A stretch of 64,000 bases of DNA from the NCBI GenBank assembly GCA_951406725.2, contig OX597826.1, forward strand, positions 29,264,001-29,328,000, written 5' to 3'. The notes beneath the pieces were generated by a model that saw only the letters and a program-made list of their open reading frames with translations, had not been told where the DNA came from and ran no database searches. The translations under genes and the position numbers were made by a program. Source of the stretch: Octopus vulgaris. Its lineage: Eukaryota. Positions within the stretch are counted from its first letter, which is position 1. The number at the start of each line of letters is the position of its first letter. This document shows, piece after piece, positions 1-12,600 of this stretch.

Positions 1-89
1 CTATTTTGGAGCTTGGTAGCAAATAAGTTTCACTGAATGATCGCAGTTTCAACTTCAAGTGCCTGTGTATATGCATAACAGCTGCAAGA

Positions 90-250
90 TACATCACAAC
101 TGCCTAAAAACATCACAACTGCCCAGAAACATCACAATAGCTCTTTAACATCACAACTGCCGCTGTATGTTACAGTTGTACATACACAGTACAACATTGC
201 TAATATATATATATCTCAAGCTGCCCATAAATATCACAACTGCCCATGTA
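90..250. repeat. Short degenerate tandem repeat, ~19-20 bp unit (ACATCACAACTGCC core)
   Basis: acatcacaactgcc recurs at ~91, 110, 129, 148, with a variant at ~232. Confidence 0.8.
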
Positions 251-289
251 CATGTTTCAGAATGTTTTATTCTATAGAAATCATTATCA

Positions 290-1255
290 CATTTTACTTA
301 GATGTTTGTACCACTTTCTACATGTCAATACCATTCTAAACCCTCGTACCTGTGCCACTTTATGCCCGCACGATTGTGTCACAATACTTTATTCGCACAC
401 ATTGGTGCCATTTTATAACTGCAAGTTACTGCCACTACAAGTCCACATGTTATTACCGTTTTGTCCCGTTAACTTGTTGCTCTCACTCTGAACCCACATG
501 TGATTATTTCTTTGCCCCCTCACCTTCATACCAATTTATACTCTATCCCCATTACCCCATGTATCAGTACAAATACTCCCATAACAATTGTAACACTTTA
601 CTGACATGTTACTACCACTCTATACCCGCATGTTAGAACCACTTTCTACCCAAATATTTGTACCACCTCACCTACATGTTCATGCCACTTTACCTACATG
701 TTGGTACAGTTTTACCTGCATGTGTGTACCACTTTACACATATGCTGGTACTAGTTCACCCATATTTCAGTGCCTCTTTCTCTATGTTTGAACATCTTTT
801 GCCCACATGATGGTGCCAATTCACCAACATGTAGGTTTGTCCTTCGCTAATACATTGGTGTCTCTTCATTTACATGTTGGTTTTGCCTCACCTACCTGTT
901 CACACCATTTTTCATCTACATGTTTGTACCACATGTCATTCACATGGTAATACCACATGTCAGTGCCAGTTTCTTTTTCTTCTATCAATACCAGTTCCAA
1001 TTGAGGAATGAGACATGTGAAAGATAAGAAAGGTACTTTGCTATAACGTCACATGACAGCATTCATAATTTCTGTCAGTTCTATCGCCATTTCACACTTG
1101 TTCCACATATTGGTGCCACATTGCACACATTTTGGTGCTACTTCACTTACATGTTGGTACCTGCTGCCATCCCTTTATCCTTACCATTTTTCTTCACCTA
1201 CATGTTTTTGTACCACATGCCACTCACGTACTGATACAACATGTCAGTACCACTT
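290..1255. repeat. Degenerate ~22-bp minisatellite (approx. TACCACTTTACCTACATGTTGG)
   Basis: Recurrent acatgttggtacc / taccactttacc motifs at ~22-bp spacing, clearest at 660-760. Confidence 0.7.
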
Positions 1256-1859
1256 TTGCAAAAATTAAAAATCTAAAGTTTTTTTGTTTTTGTTTTTTTT
1301 TTCTACACCGATTCCAGTTCTAATGGAGGAATGAGACAGGTGACAGATAAGGAATATACTTTGCTGTAATATCACATGTTGACATTCGTAATCTCTCTCA
1401 GCTCTATAGTCATTCCACACTCTCCTCCCCCACTACCTCTTGCGATTCTATCAAATTCCTCTGTCTTCTCATTTAATTAGCAATGTAGCACACCTCTTCC
1501 TTCACCAGGTGCTGCTTTTTTCCGACTTTTTTTTTTTTGGAGTGGGAGTGGGTGGAGTTACCTATGACTTGCTATCTTTCTGCCAGCCAACCACACACAC
1601 ACACACACACACACAGGTGCACGCATGTCTCCTTTAATATGAATGTCTAAATCCATCAGCTGTAAAAGCTGGAAGCGAGAGATTTGGCAAACAGCTGGAT
1701 GATAAGCTGGTAATTTCCTCTCTAACTATTGTACTAGACACATCTGTAGCAACTGCCTGGGAGAGAAACACATACAAACATATGTACACACACACACACA
1801 TGCATACATTCAAATACATGCATACACTCACACACACACAATCTCACACACTATGTGTG

Positions 1860-2236
1860 CCAGCATGGCTGTATGGTAAGAAGCTTGCTTCCCACTGACA
1901 TGGTTCTGGGTTCAGAACTACGGCATGGCACCTTGGGCAAATATCTTCTACTATAGCCTTGGGCTGACCAAAGCTGTACAAGTGGACTTGGTAGATGGAA
2001 ACTGAAAGAAGCCCATCATATATATATGTGTGTGTGTGTGTGTCTGTGTTTGTCCCTCATTACTGTTTGACAACTGGTGTTGGTCTGTTTTCATCCCCGT
2101 AACCTAGCAGTTCAGCAAAAGAGACCGATAGAATAAGTACTAGACTTAAAAAGTCCTGATGTCAATTTGTTTGACTAAAACCTTTGGATGAGATGCTCCA
2201 GCATGGCTGCAGTCAAATGACTGAAACAAGTAAAAG
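1860..2236 (+). mobile_element. tRNA-derived SINE family A (octopus-type), near full length
   Basis: Head ggctgtatggtaagaagcttgcttccc...ggttcag (A/B-box-like), CORE-like ggcaccttgggcaa, internal (TA)/(TG) tract, 3' part ending gtcaaatgactgaaacaagtaaaag; many copies in the window. Confidence 0.85.
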
Positions 2237-2444
2237 TATAACAGTGTGTGTGTGTGCGTATGTACTATCATTTCTTGTGTTTAACCCTTGACAACTGGTG
2301 TTTGTTTATTTATGTCCCCCATAGCATAGTGGTTCAGCAAAAGAGACTGATGGAATAATAGCAGGCTTTTAAAAAAAGTTCTAGAGTTGATTCATTCTTC
2401 AAGGTGGTGCCCCTGGCATAAAAGGTATATATATATATATACAC

Positions 2445-2915
2445 AGGTGCAGGCGTGGCTGTGTGCTGAGTATCTTGCTTACCAATCACATGGTTCCGGG
2501 TTCAGTCTCAATGTATGGCACTTTGGGCCAGTGTCTTCTACTGTAGCCTTGGGCTGACCAAAGCCTTGTGAGTGGATTTGGCAGGCGGAAACTGAAAGAA
2601 GCCTGTCGTATGCAGAATTCAGTTGGACAAATCAAACCCAGTATTTTTTTTAAAGATCTGGTACTTATTCTGATAGCTTCTTTTTGCCCAGCTGCCATTA
2701 CATGGACATAAACAAACCAACATCAGTTATCAAACTGAGAAACAAAGACACACACACACATACAATGGGCTCCTTTCAGTTTCTATCTTCCAAATGCACT
2801 CACAATGCTTTGGTCGACCCAGGGCTATAGTAGAAGATATCCAAGGTGTTTTGCGGTGGGACTGAACCCGAGGCCACTTTGGTTGGGAAGCAAGCTCCTC
2901 AACTACACAGCCATG
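2445..2915. mobile_element. Two oppositely oriented SINE family A fragments (+ ~2445-2610; - ~2615-2915)
   Basis: The same head/CORE-like sequence is present on both strands. Confidence 0.8.
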
Positions 2916-3344
2916 CCTTTAGTCATATGGTGCTTGCAAATCATGAGAAAAGGACTCAATACATTGACAGCTGTGTTAATGTTTCGTCTGGGACTATGTT
3001 AAACTATCTTTTGATATTTTTCTTAATAATAATCTCCAGGTGAAATATCTTACAAGTTATTGGTAACTCTTGCAACAGAACTATCAATCTCTCTTTGCCA
3101 ACCTCTCCCCACTCCTCTTTCCCTCCCTCATTTTCTCTGTCTTTCTCACTTCTCTCTTTGTGAAACTTCCAAATAAATGGCTACAGCGTGTGAATTTACT
3201 TTGAAGTGTTAAAATTTCACTGTTTCTTTCTTTTATCTCCGTGTATTCCACTATTTTCACTTCCCAAATGTAGCCGTTCCTCCCTCTCTCTTTCTTTCTG
3301 TCTTGTTATAGTTTCTTGTTTCTCACTACAACCTGTTTCTGTAA

Positions 3345-3689
3345 AGCTATTCATCCATCCATCCAGCTATCAATCTACATACCTACCTCCCTGTCTATCT
3401 ATCCAGCTTCTTAGCCATCTATTTTTCCATCTATCTGCCTATACATCTATGGACTACATCCATCCATCTGTCTGTCTGTCTATCTATCCATCCATCCCTC
3501 TATCTATCCACCTATCTACCTACTTATCCATCCATTGATCCATCTAGTTATTCCTCTATGTATGTTTTATATATCCATCTATCTGGTTGTCTATCTATCC
3601 ATCAGTCCATCCATCTCTTACCTGTATCTCTCTCTGTATATCTATCTATCCATCCATCCATCAATCCATCCATCTATCTATCTATCTCC

Positions 3690-3726
<37 letters not shown>

Positions 3727-3755
3727 CTGTCTATATATTCACCCATCCATCTACC
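3345..3755. repeat. (TCTA/TCCA)n compound microsatellite
   Basis: Direct reading; source of the 'YLSI/SIHP' pseudo-ORFs. Confidence 0.9.
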
Positions 3756-4134
3756 AACCCCCACCCTTCACACTCTCGAAATCCTTCCCTTATCAATCTT
3801 AAGACAAATCCGATGAACTTTGAACCAGTATGTCATCAACCCCTTAGCCCCCTCCTTTCAGTTCAGCTCCCATCTCCCTCTACCACTTATCTGCTTCTAC
3901 TTCCCCTCCCATGCAGAACGAGGGTGGGGGTATGTGTAAAACTATGCAACATCTCCAAAGACCTCACCAGCATTACTAATAATAACACTGTTATTACTAT
4001 TATATAACTGCCTTGTACTACTATTACCATCACCACCACCACTACTCCTACTACTACTACTGGTATTGTTATTGCTATCAATACTAATAATGGTATTACA
4101 GCTCCTCCTACTACTACTACTACCACCTCAGTTT

Positions 4135-5460
4135 CATGAGGGGAGCCTGTATGAGATACTCAATTGTGCTAGAAATAGCAGCTAAATCTCCCTCTGATCT
4201 CACACAACTACCATCTTAGAAAAAAAAACATTAGATACAATGTAATCCTACAGGAGTGGAGTGGTTAGACAGGATGGTCACAGTTGGAATGCCTTTGATG
4301 GATGGCAGATCAGATCTTCTCAATGAGGTCAGGACTGATACTGACCTGGGGTTAAACAACAACAGCTACAACAATAACTATTCCAAAATTATTACTACTG
4401 TTGTTATTATTATTATAATTATAATTATTATTATTATTATTATTATTGCTGCCAAGTACACTAAAAGAGCTGTCACAGCTGCTGCTACTACTATTACTAA
4501 GACTACCACTGATGGTGGTGGTAGTGCTGCTGCTCCTGCTGCTTCTGCTACTGCTGGCTGTTTAATCAATGAATGAAATGATGGTGTCTTGAACAGCTGC
4601 TACTGCTGCTGTTGTAACAAGAACAACACTGGAGTCCCTATGTGGTGTCTCAATCTGCTGAAAATAGCAGTCAAATCTCCCCTCCAAATTACACACCTGC
4701 TGTCATCTTGAAAAGGAAAGGAAGGAAGGAGATGCACTGTGCCTAGGAAGTAGATGGAATGGTCACATCTGGAATGCCTATGATCATAAGCCCACTTTTT
4801 CGTGATTGTTCTGAGGTTAAACAACAGTGGTGGTGGTGGTGGTGGTGGTGGTTGCTACTACAGCACTGACAATAACATAAGTCTCCCTTACCCTTCTAGA
4901 AATAGCAATCAAATCTTCCTGTAATCACACACAGTTCTATATTGAAAAGGTAGGACATACTGGATAACTTTGCCCTGGTAGTAGTATTACTGTACAGTTA
5001 GATGGACTTGTCATGGTTGGAACGTCTGATCATTGGTTTGTTCAATCAGGACTGACCTGGGGTTAAAATAACAAGAACAGCAGTTGTAACAAGCGGACTG
5101 CTAATCTGCTAGAAATAGCAGTCAAACTTCTCTCAAATCGAATCCATACCATGATTTTCCAAACAGGTACATTACATATGCAAAAAGTAGGATGGCCAAA
5201 GCTGGATTGTTTTTGACCATAAAATGCTCTTGCTTGATTGGAGCTAGCCTAGGGTTAAACAAAACACTAGCTGCTGGAGTTTAACCTAGGAGCACTTAGG
5301 TGGTTGCTGGACTTGCTAGAGATAGCAGCCAAATCTCCCTCAAATCACAAAATAAGATTGTAGTCACTTGTATGTTTAAAAAGAGGCATGGTGGTCATGG
5401 AGGGAAAACGTTTGATTGCAAGGTCTGCTCGGTAAGGGCTGACGAGGGGCTAAGCAACTG
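4135..5460. repeat. Five head-to-tail degenerate copies of a ~200-bp interspersed repeat separated by simple repeats
   Basis: ctagaaatagcagNcaaatctccctc at ~4169, 4658, 4896, 5109, 5316, each followed by gacctggggttaaacaac-like ends; reverse copies at ~6240-6740. Confidence 0.75.
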
Positions 5461-5769
5461 TAGCGTTTGTTATTAGGTGATGCAGTAGTAGCTACCACTG
5501 CAACAATTTCTATTGCGACTGCAGCTGTAACTGCAATAATGTCAATAGCAGCAGAGGCAGCAGTGGTGGTGGTGGCAGCAGCATTAGTAACATCGACAGT
5601 TGGCGTCAATCATCAGTTGATGTGTGTAGGTGGTGTTGTGAACCAAACAGGCTCCGAAGATGCAACACTGGATGCTGCTACTGTGTGGGTGGGAATGTGT
5701 GTATGCGTGTGTGTGAATGCATGTGCGTGTGTGTGTGTGTGCGTATATCTATGGCTGTGAGATCATAAT

Positions 5770-6091
5770 CATATGTATATATGTGGCAGGGTGTATATGT
5801 GTACGTTTATATATGTATATATTGATTCCATTTGGATTTTAACCTTATGCATATTTATTTATATATATATACACACACACACATATGAAGAGATATCTAT
5901 CGATTTGTATACACATGATATATATATACACACACACAGATGTGTACATATATATACACACATACGCATATATATGTGTGTATATATGTATGCATGTGTG
6001 TATATATATGTGTGTATATATATATATGTATGTACGTATGTGTATATATATAAGTATTGTGTGTGTGTATGTGTATGTATGTGTGTGTATG

Positions 6092-6123
<32 letters not shown>

Positions 6124-6133
6124 GGTATGTATG

Positions 6134-6172
<39 letters not shown>
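5770..6172. repeat. (TA)/(TG) compound microsatellite
   Basis: Direct reading. Confidence 0.9.
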
Positions 6173-6174
<2 letters not shown>

Positions 6175-7154
6175 GTAGCCGGGTGTGGGTGTGTACTGTA
6201 ATATTTCTTAGTAGTGCTACTACCGTAGTTCCACGTCAGTCCTGGTAGAACAGAACTAACATCAGAGACATTCCAACCATAGCCATCACCCCCTATATGG
6301 TGTGTGGAGCACATCTAGGACTATCCCAGTGTGTGTCTTTTGCTCTTTTAAGGCATTGGAGTGATGATTTGAGCAGATTTTAACTGCTATCTTTCGCAGG
6401 TCAAGTGACCACTTCATGGCTCACTCATTGCTAATTTCTTAAACATAGTGTGTGTGTGTGTGTGTGTGTAGTTTATAAATATATGTGGGTGTATTATATT
6501 TCATAAGTATGTCTGCTGCTGTTTAGCCCCAGGTCAGTCCAGATCGAGCAGAATATCACAGATCAGAAGAATATCACACATGGTCATCCTGATTACTTTC
6601 CAGAAATAATTGTATATAGTGAACAATGCTGTCCCATATAACCTACCCAAAAGAGGCAGAATGTAATTGAAAAGTACCTAGGGGAGTGGAGATTTGGCTG
6701 CTATTTCTAGCATATTGAGCAACTGTGTACAGGTTCCCAACCACTCATGGTTTGTTGTCGGTGTATTGTATATGTTACAAGGTGTGCTTGTGTATATATA
6801 TGTATATATACATACACACACATACATATGCATATATGTATAATCATCATCATCATTGCCATAGACATCTGTTTTCCAGGCTAGTATGAACTAGCTGACT
6901 CTCACAGCAACTCATGACCCTCTTTCATCTGGTACACACACCAATAGACAAAAATAATAGTTGTGTGTCATATATATATATATGTGTGTGTGTATGTGTA
7001 TATATATATATGTATATATAGTTTGGTGATTGCAATTGAAACACATCCATAGGAGATTTTATCTCTGACAAAAAGCACCGTGACTTGCCTGTCAACAGTG
7101 TATATACATTAACTATGATACATATGCGACTATTTGCTATATATACGTATGTTC

Positions 7155-7491
7155 TTAATTGTTTCAGTCATTAGACTACAGCCATACTGGGGCACTGCCT
7201 TGAAAGAATCGACCCCCCCACCCAGTACTTATTATTTCTTTTCTTAAGCCTGAGACTTATTCTTTTTCAGTACTTTTTGCCAGTGGTCAAGCAGTGGTGT
7301 GGGGCAAACACAGACACATGCGCATACACACACATACATACATGATGGGCTACTTTCAGTCTTTATCTACCAAATCCATTCACAAGGTCTTGGTCAAGCT
7401 GAGGCTATAGTAGACACTTGCCCAAGATGCTACACAGTGAGAGTGAACTCAGAACCATGTGGCTGGGAAGAAAGCTTTTTACCACACAGCC

Positions 7492-7527
<36 letters not shown>

Positions 7528-7820
7528 GTCTTTTTCTAACCACCAAATCCATTCACAAGACACTGATCTGCTCAAGGTGCCACACAGTGAAACTGAACCT
7601 GGGACCGTGTGGATGGGATGCAAACTTCTTACTACACGGTCACATCTGCATATATATTGGCGCAGGAGTTGCTGTGTGGTAAGTAGCTTGCTTATCAACC
7701 ACATGGTTCTCAGTTCAGTCCCACTGCTTGGCACCTTGGGCAAGTGTCTTCTGCTATAGCTTTAGGTGGACCAAAACCTTGTCAGTGGATTTAGTAGACG
7801 GAAACTGAAAGAAGCCTGTT
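7155..7820. mobile_element. Cluster of SINE family A copies (- ~7155-7490, - ~7525-7650, + ~7659-7820)
   Basis: Match to the other family A copies in the window. Confidence 0.8.
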
Positions 7821-7875
7821 GTGTGTGTGTGTGTGTGTGTGTATAGATGTATGTATGAATGTATGTATGTGTATA

Positions 7876-8690
7876 TCATCATCATCATCATTTAACGTCC
7901 GTTTTCCATGCTAGCATGGGTTGGACAGTTCGACCAGGGTCTGGTAAGCCATGAGGGCTGCACCAGGCTCCAGTCTGATTTGGCAGTGTTTCTACAGCTG
8001 GATGCCTTTCCTAACGCCAACCACTCTGTGAGTGTAGTGGGTGATTTTTACGTGCCACCAGCACAGGAGCCAGTGCAGGCTGGCATACGACCATGATCGG
8101 TTGGTGCTTTTACGTGTCACCGACACAGACGCCAGTCAGGCAACGCTAGTAACTGCTACGCTCAAACGGTGCTTTTACGTGTCACCAGCACTGATGTCTT
8201 AACTACAATTACCATTTGAATTTTTGATGTTGATGAACTTAACTCAATAGGTCTCCTCAAGCACAGCAGGTCACTCTACGATCCAAGGTCAGCGCAGCAG
8301 GCTGTCCTGTGAGCATGAACTCACTTCATTTGTTGGGTCTTCGAATCCTCAAGAACAGCGAGTCACTCTACAATCCAAGGTTAGCACAGCAGGTCATCCT
8401 GCGAGCCATGAACTCACTTCATTTGTCGGGTCTTCGAAGTCACAGCATATCTCCAGAGGTCTCGGTCTTTCGTCATAGCGTCTATGAGGCTCAAAGTACG
8501 AAGGTCATGCTTGACCACCTCGTCCCATGTCTTCCTGGGTCTACAACAGTTTGGGAGTGGCACTTCTTCAAACATCTCTCCTCATCCATCCTTAGTACAT
8601 GACCGTACCAACACAATCGTCTCTCCTGCACGCTGCATCCAATGCTTCTTATGCCCAACATTTCTCTTAGGGCGCTTACACTCTGTCATG
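7876..8690 (-). mobile_element. 5'-truncated RTE-clade LINE: ORF2 C-terminus, 3' UTR and (GAT)n tail
   Basis: Minus strand 8687-8414 translates (one deletion) as ..[72 protein letters not shown]; typical RTE RRLxWxGHV and GRPRKTW motifs; tail reads (CAT)n on + at ~7876-7891. Confidence 0.9.
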
Positions 8691-8696
8691 CATGGA

Positions 8697-8786
8697 CATA
8701 TATATATATGTATGTATGCATGTATGTATGTATATATTTATGTATGTATGTATGTGTGTATGTATATATGTATGTATATATGTATG

Positions 8787-8829
<43 letters not shown>

Positions 8830-8830
8830 T

Positions 8831-8883
<53 letters not shown>

Positions 8884-9002
8884 GTACATATATATATGTG
8901 TGTGTGTATATAAATATATATATGTATATATATATATATATATATGTGTGTATATATATATATATGTGTGTGTGTGTGTATATAAAATATATATATATAT
9001 GG

Positions 9003-9038
<36 letters not shown>

Positions 9039-9040
9039 GT
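8697..9040. repeat. (TA)/(TATG) microsatellite
   Basis: Direct reading. Confidence 0.9.
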
Positions 9041-9144
9041 AAATGATAAGTGTAAAAAATTGAATATTAATTTGATTAATATCAATTAAAACCAGTGGCC
9101 TAGCATATTAAAACATCTGAAGATTTAGGAAAATTATATTACAT

Positions 9145-9343
9145 ACATATAAGAGGGATGATCACTAAGTGGGCACCCAATATGCTAGATGTAGACCCCA
9201 TATGGTCTGATCACTAAGAAAAGATTTTTCTCAAGAAAATTTGCTGAATTTCCTTGAGAACAATCTTTTCATAGTGGTCAGACCATATGGGATCTATATC
9301 TAGCATATTGGGTGTCCACTTAGTGGTCATCCCTCTTATATGT
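9145..9343. repeat. 199-bp foldback inverted repeat (97-bp arms, 8 mismatches, no gaps)
   Basis: 9145-9241 aligned by hand to the reverse complement of 9247-9343. Confidence 0.95.
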
Positions 9344-10814
9344 TTGTGTGTCTGTGTTTGTCCTCACCACCGTCGCTTGACAACTGATGTTGGTGTGTTT
9401 ATGTCCCTATAACTTTGCGGTTTGGAAAAAGAGATCAATAAAATAAGTACAAGGCTTACAAAGAATAAGGTCGAGCTGTTCAACTAAAGGTATTGCTCCA
9501 GCATGGCCACAGTCGAATGACTGAAACAAATAAGAGGATAAAGGAATAACCATACACATGTACACACACATGTTGTATAGACATCTGTATACATGCATGA
9601 TATATGCATAACACATTAAGTGGTCGATGTATTGCTGTAACATGTAACCACATGCTCACCCCCCCCACACACACACACACAGAGGAGGTTGTGCTTTTTG
9701 ATGTGTGAGTCCCAAGTAAATCCTTGTCATTCAGTGTTACAAAGAAGAGGAGATTCCAGTGGAGGAGACCAGCCTGACATACATCACTGCCAGACTGTGT
9801 TCTTCATTCCACACAGAACTGTGGCAGATGCTGTATTGATTGTGCGGGGGAGGGAAGGAGGCATGGTAGATGTGTACGTACATGTGTGTGTGTATGTGCG
9901 TGTGCTTGCTTGAGGATACGTTGTTGATGTATGTGTGGGTGTATGGTGCTAATTTGATTTTCATATACATAACCCATGCTAGCATGGAGAACGGACATTA
10001 AACGATGATGATGATGATGATGATGTCTGTGTGTGTGTGTGTGTTGTAAGATGTGTCTTTCATTTTTATCTCGCTTTTTTTACGTGTTGCAGTCATTGAA
10101 CTGTGGTCATGCTGGAGCACCACCTTTAAGGGTTTTAGTCAAACGAATAGTCCCTTGTACTTAATTTTTTTTTTTTCAAGCCTGGTACTCATTCTATCAG
10201 TCTCTTTCACCAAACTTCTAAGTTACAAGTATGTAAACAAGCCAATATCAGCTGTCAAGCAGTCTTACGGGACAAACACAAACAGAAAGACACACATGTG
10301 CACACTTACAAACACACACACACACACAGCTGATGATTAGAAATGAACAACTTGGAGTACTTGGAATCGGAGTCTCTCAAGTAAAATATATATATGTTTT
10401 CGTTTCTCATTGTGTTCTACGGTTTTTTGATGTCCTGTATCCATATATGCATGTATATTATTTATATTATTATATGGTTGAACGCCACACATCCTTTTCC
10501 AAGTAAGTTTTATATATATATTTATCATCATCATCATCATTGTTTAACGTCCATCTTACAAGCATGCATGGGTAGGACAGACAGGAGCAGGCCAGGTAGA
10601 AAATATATCCTAGGCTACTATATCTGTTTTGGCAGGGATTTTACACCTGGATGCTCTTCCTAACACCAACCACTCCACAGAGTGGACTCAGTGCTCTTTA
10701 CATGACACTAGCACTGGCGAAGTTAATTTTTGGCAAGACTTTTACAGCTGGATGCTTTTAATGTGGTGCGAGAACTGGCAGGGTCACCAAGTAACTCACA
10801 TGACATGTACAGTG

Positions 10815-10958
10815 CCCATACAGGGCCATGTAAAAGTACCCATGTGGTGCCACATAAAACTGCCCATGCGGTGTCACATAAAAGTGCCTGTGTGGTGTCA
10901 CGTAAAAGCATCTGTGCAGTGCCACCTGAAAGTGCCTGTGGGGTGTCGCGTAAAAGCA
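10815..10958. repeat. 24-bp minisatellite x6 within an RTE-3'UTR-like element
   Basis: Unit ccYRTGYGGTGYCACRTAAAAGYR at 10815, 10839, 10863, 10887, 10911, 10935. Confidence 0.9.
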
Positions 10959-11882
10959 CCCAGTACACACTGTAAAGTGGTTGGCATGAGGAAGGACATC
11001 CAGCCATAGAAACCAGGCCAAGTCAGAATGGAGCCTGGTGCAGCCACCCCCTTCCCCTTCTAAGCTTGCCAGCTCTGGTTAATCCATCCAAACCATGCCA
11101 GCAGAGACAACAGATGATGATGATGTGTATGTATATTTCCTGTTTGTTCCACGAAATCTGTGTATAATTATATATGTATAGGCCAAGGCTTGTGCGTATA
11201 ATGAAGCAGTTTACTTTAAAGTCATCTGGTTGTAGATCCTCTCTCACTGTATGGCACCTTGTGTGTGTGTGTGTGTATGTAATGACATGTATGTAAAACA
11301 TACATATATATATGTGTGTGTGTGTATAGATATATATCCAACCCATGCTAGCATGGAAAGCGGACCTTAAATGATGATGATGATATATATATATATATAT
11401 ATATAAATGGAACAAAAACGGAATAGAGGGCATTAAAACGTTCGGACAGATAGACGATACAAAGGCGGACAAGAGAAACAGCAATTAGAAGGACAGTCAA
11501 AAAAAGACGGGTCATTCTTGGCTTTCTTTCATCAGTCAAGTCCCAGAAGTCACGACCATTTTGGGCAGTTACATTTGAGATGGTTCGATCTGGTTGCCCC
11601 CCAAAAAGTCTAAGCTAAGAGCATTAGAGCCCTTTGTAAGAAAGCTAGCAAATGTGTACAGCAACAAAGACAAAAAAGCAGACAAACCAAAAAAACAGAG
11701 AACATGGTACAGAATTACGAATACAAACAAGAAATAACAGGTGTCTTTTGACTGAGAAAGATTCAAATTGAGTTGGCGTGTATGGAGCGAAAGCTTAAAG
11801 GCAAGAACATGGGAGATGGACACAAGACATGTTGCCAGTTGGCAGTCAGGCCAAGAAAGAATATATATATATATGAATGTGA

Positions 11883-12158
11883 AGGCACATGGCTCAGTGA
11901 TTGAGGTTTTTATGTCACAGTTGCAAGGTTGTGAGTTCAATACTCAGTTGGGCGTTGTGTCCTTGAGCAAGACACTTTATTTCACGTTGCCCCAGTCCAC
12001 TCGGCTGGCTAAAATGAGTTGTACCAGTAATGCGTCACACTGAATGTCCCCGAGAACTATGTTATGGGTACGTGTGTCTGCGGAGTGCTCAGCCACTTGC
12101 ATGTCAATTTCATAGGGATCAACTGGAACCCTCGTCGTTGGAAGCGATGGAGTGCCAG
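11883..12158 (+). mobile_element. tRNA-derived SINE family C
   Basis: ggcacatggctcagtg head, gtgtccttgagcaagacacttt core, tail aactggaaccctcgtcg...ggagtgcc; related copies at ~29525-29845 (-), ~29938-30215 (+), ~59595-59760 (+). Confidence 0.75.
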
Positions 12159-12236
12159 TTATGGATATGTTTGTATACATATGTGTGTATATGTATATAT
12201 TAAATATATATATGTAACTATGTGTGTGTGTGTGTA

Positions 12237-12600
12237 GGCGTAGGCATTGCTGTGTGGTAAGAAGCTTGCTTCCTCATCACATGGTTCTAGGTTCAGTTCC
12301 ACTGCGTGGTACCTTGGGCAAGTGTCTTCTATAGCCTTGGGTTGACCAAAGCCTTGTGAGTGGATTTGGTAGACGGAAAATGAAAGAAGACCATCATATA
12401 TGTGTGTATTTGTGTGTCTGTGTTTGTCATCCCCCTCACCATCGCTTGACAACCGATGTTGGTGTGTTTACATCCCCATAACTTAGTGGTTCGACAAAAG
12501 ATACCCAATAGAATAAGTACTAGTCTCACAAAGAATAAATCCTGGGGTCGATTTGTTTGACTAAAGGACGATGCTCCAGCATAGTCGCAGTCAAAGTGAA
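12237..12600 (+). mobile_element. SINE family A, full length
   Basis: Head, CORE-like segment and 3' part all present. Confidence 0.85.

Noticed and set aside
1634-1756. Minus-strand exon-like segment AVATDVSSTIVREEITSL... after tttctctcccag
   Set aside because: No recognisable homology or partner exons; the acceptor is microsatellite-derived
2486-2698. Recurrent peptides such as ASFSFRLPNPLTRLWSARGYSRRHLPK and LQLDALPNANH in many ORFs, suggesting a gene family
   Set aside because: Chance frames of SINE family A and RTE 3' UTR copies
5773-9089. Long ORFs rich in Y/I/C/V/H/T (also 3206-4007, 19029-19778, 20766-21128, 27089-27543)
   Set aside because: Translations of (TA)/(TG)/(TCTA) microsatellites that lack stops by composition
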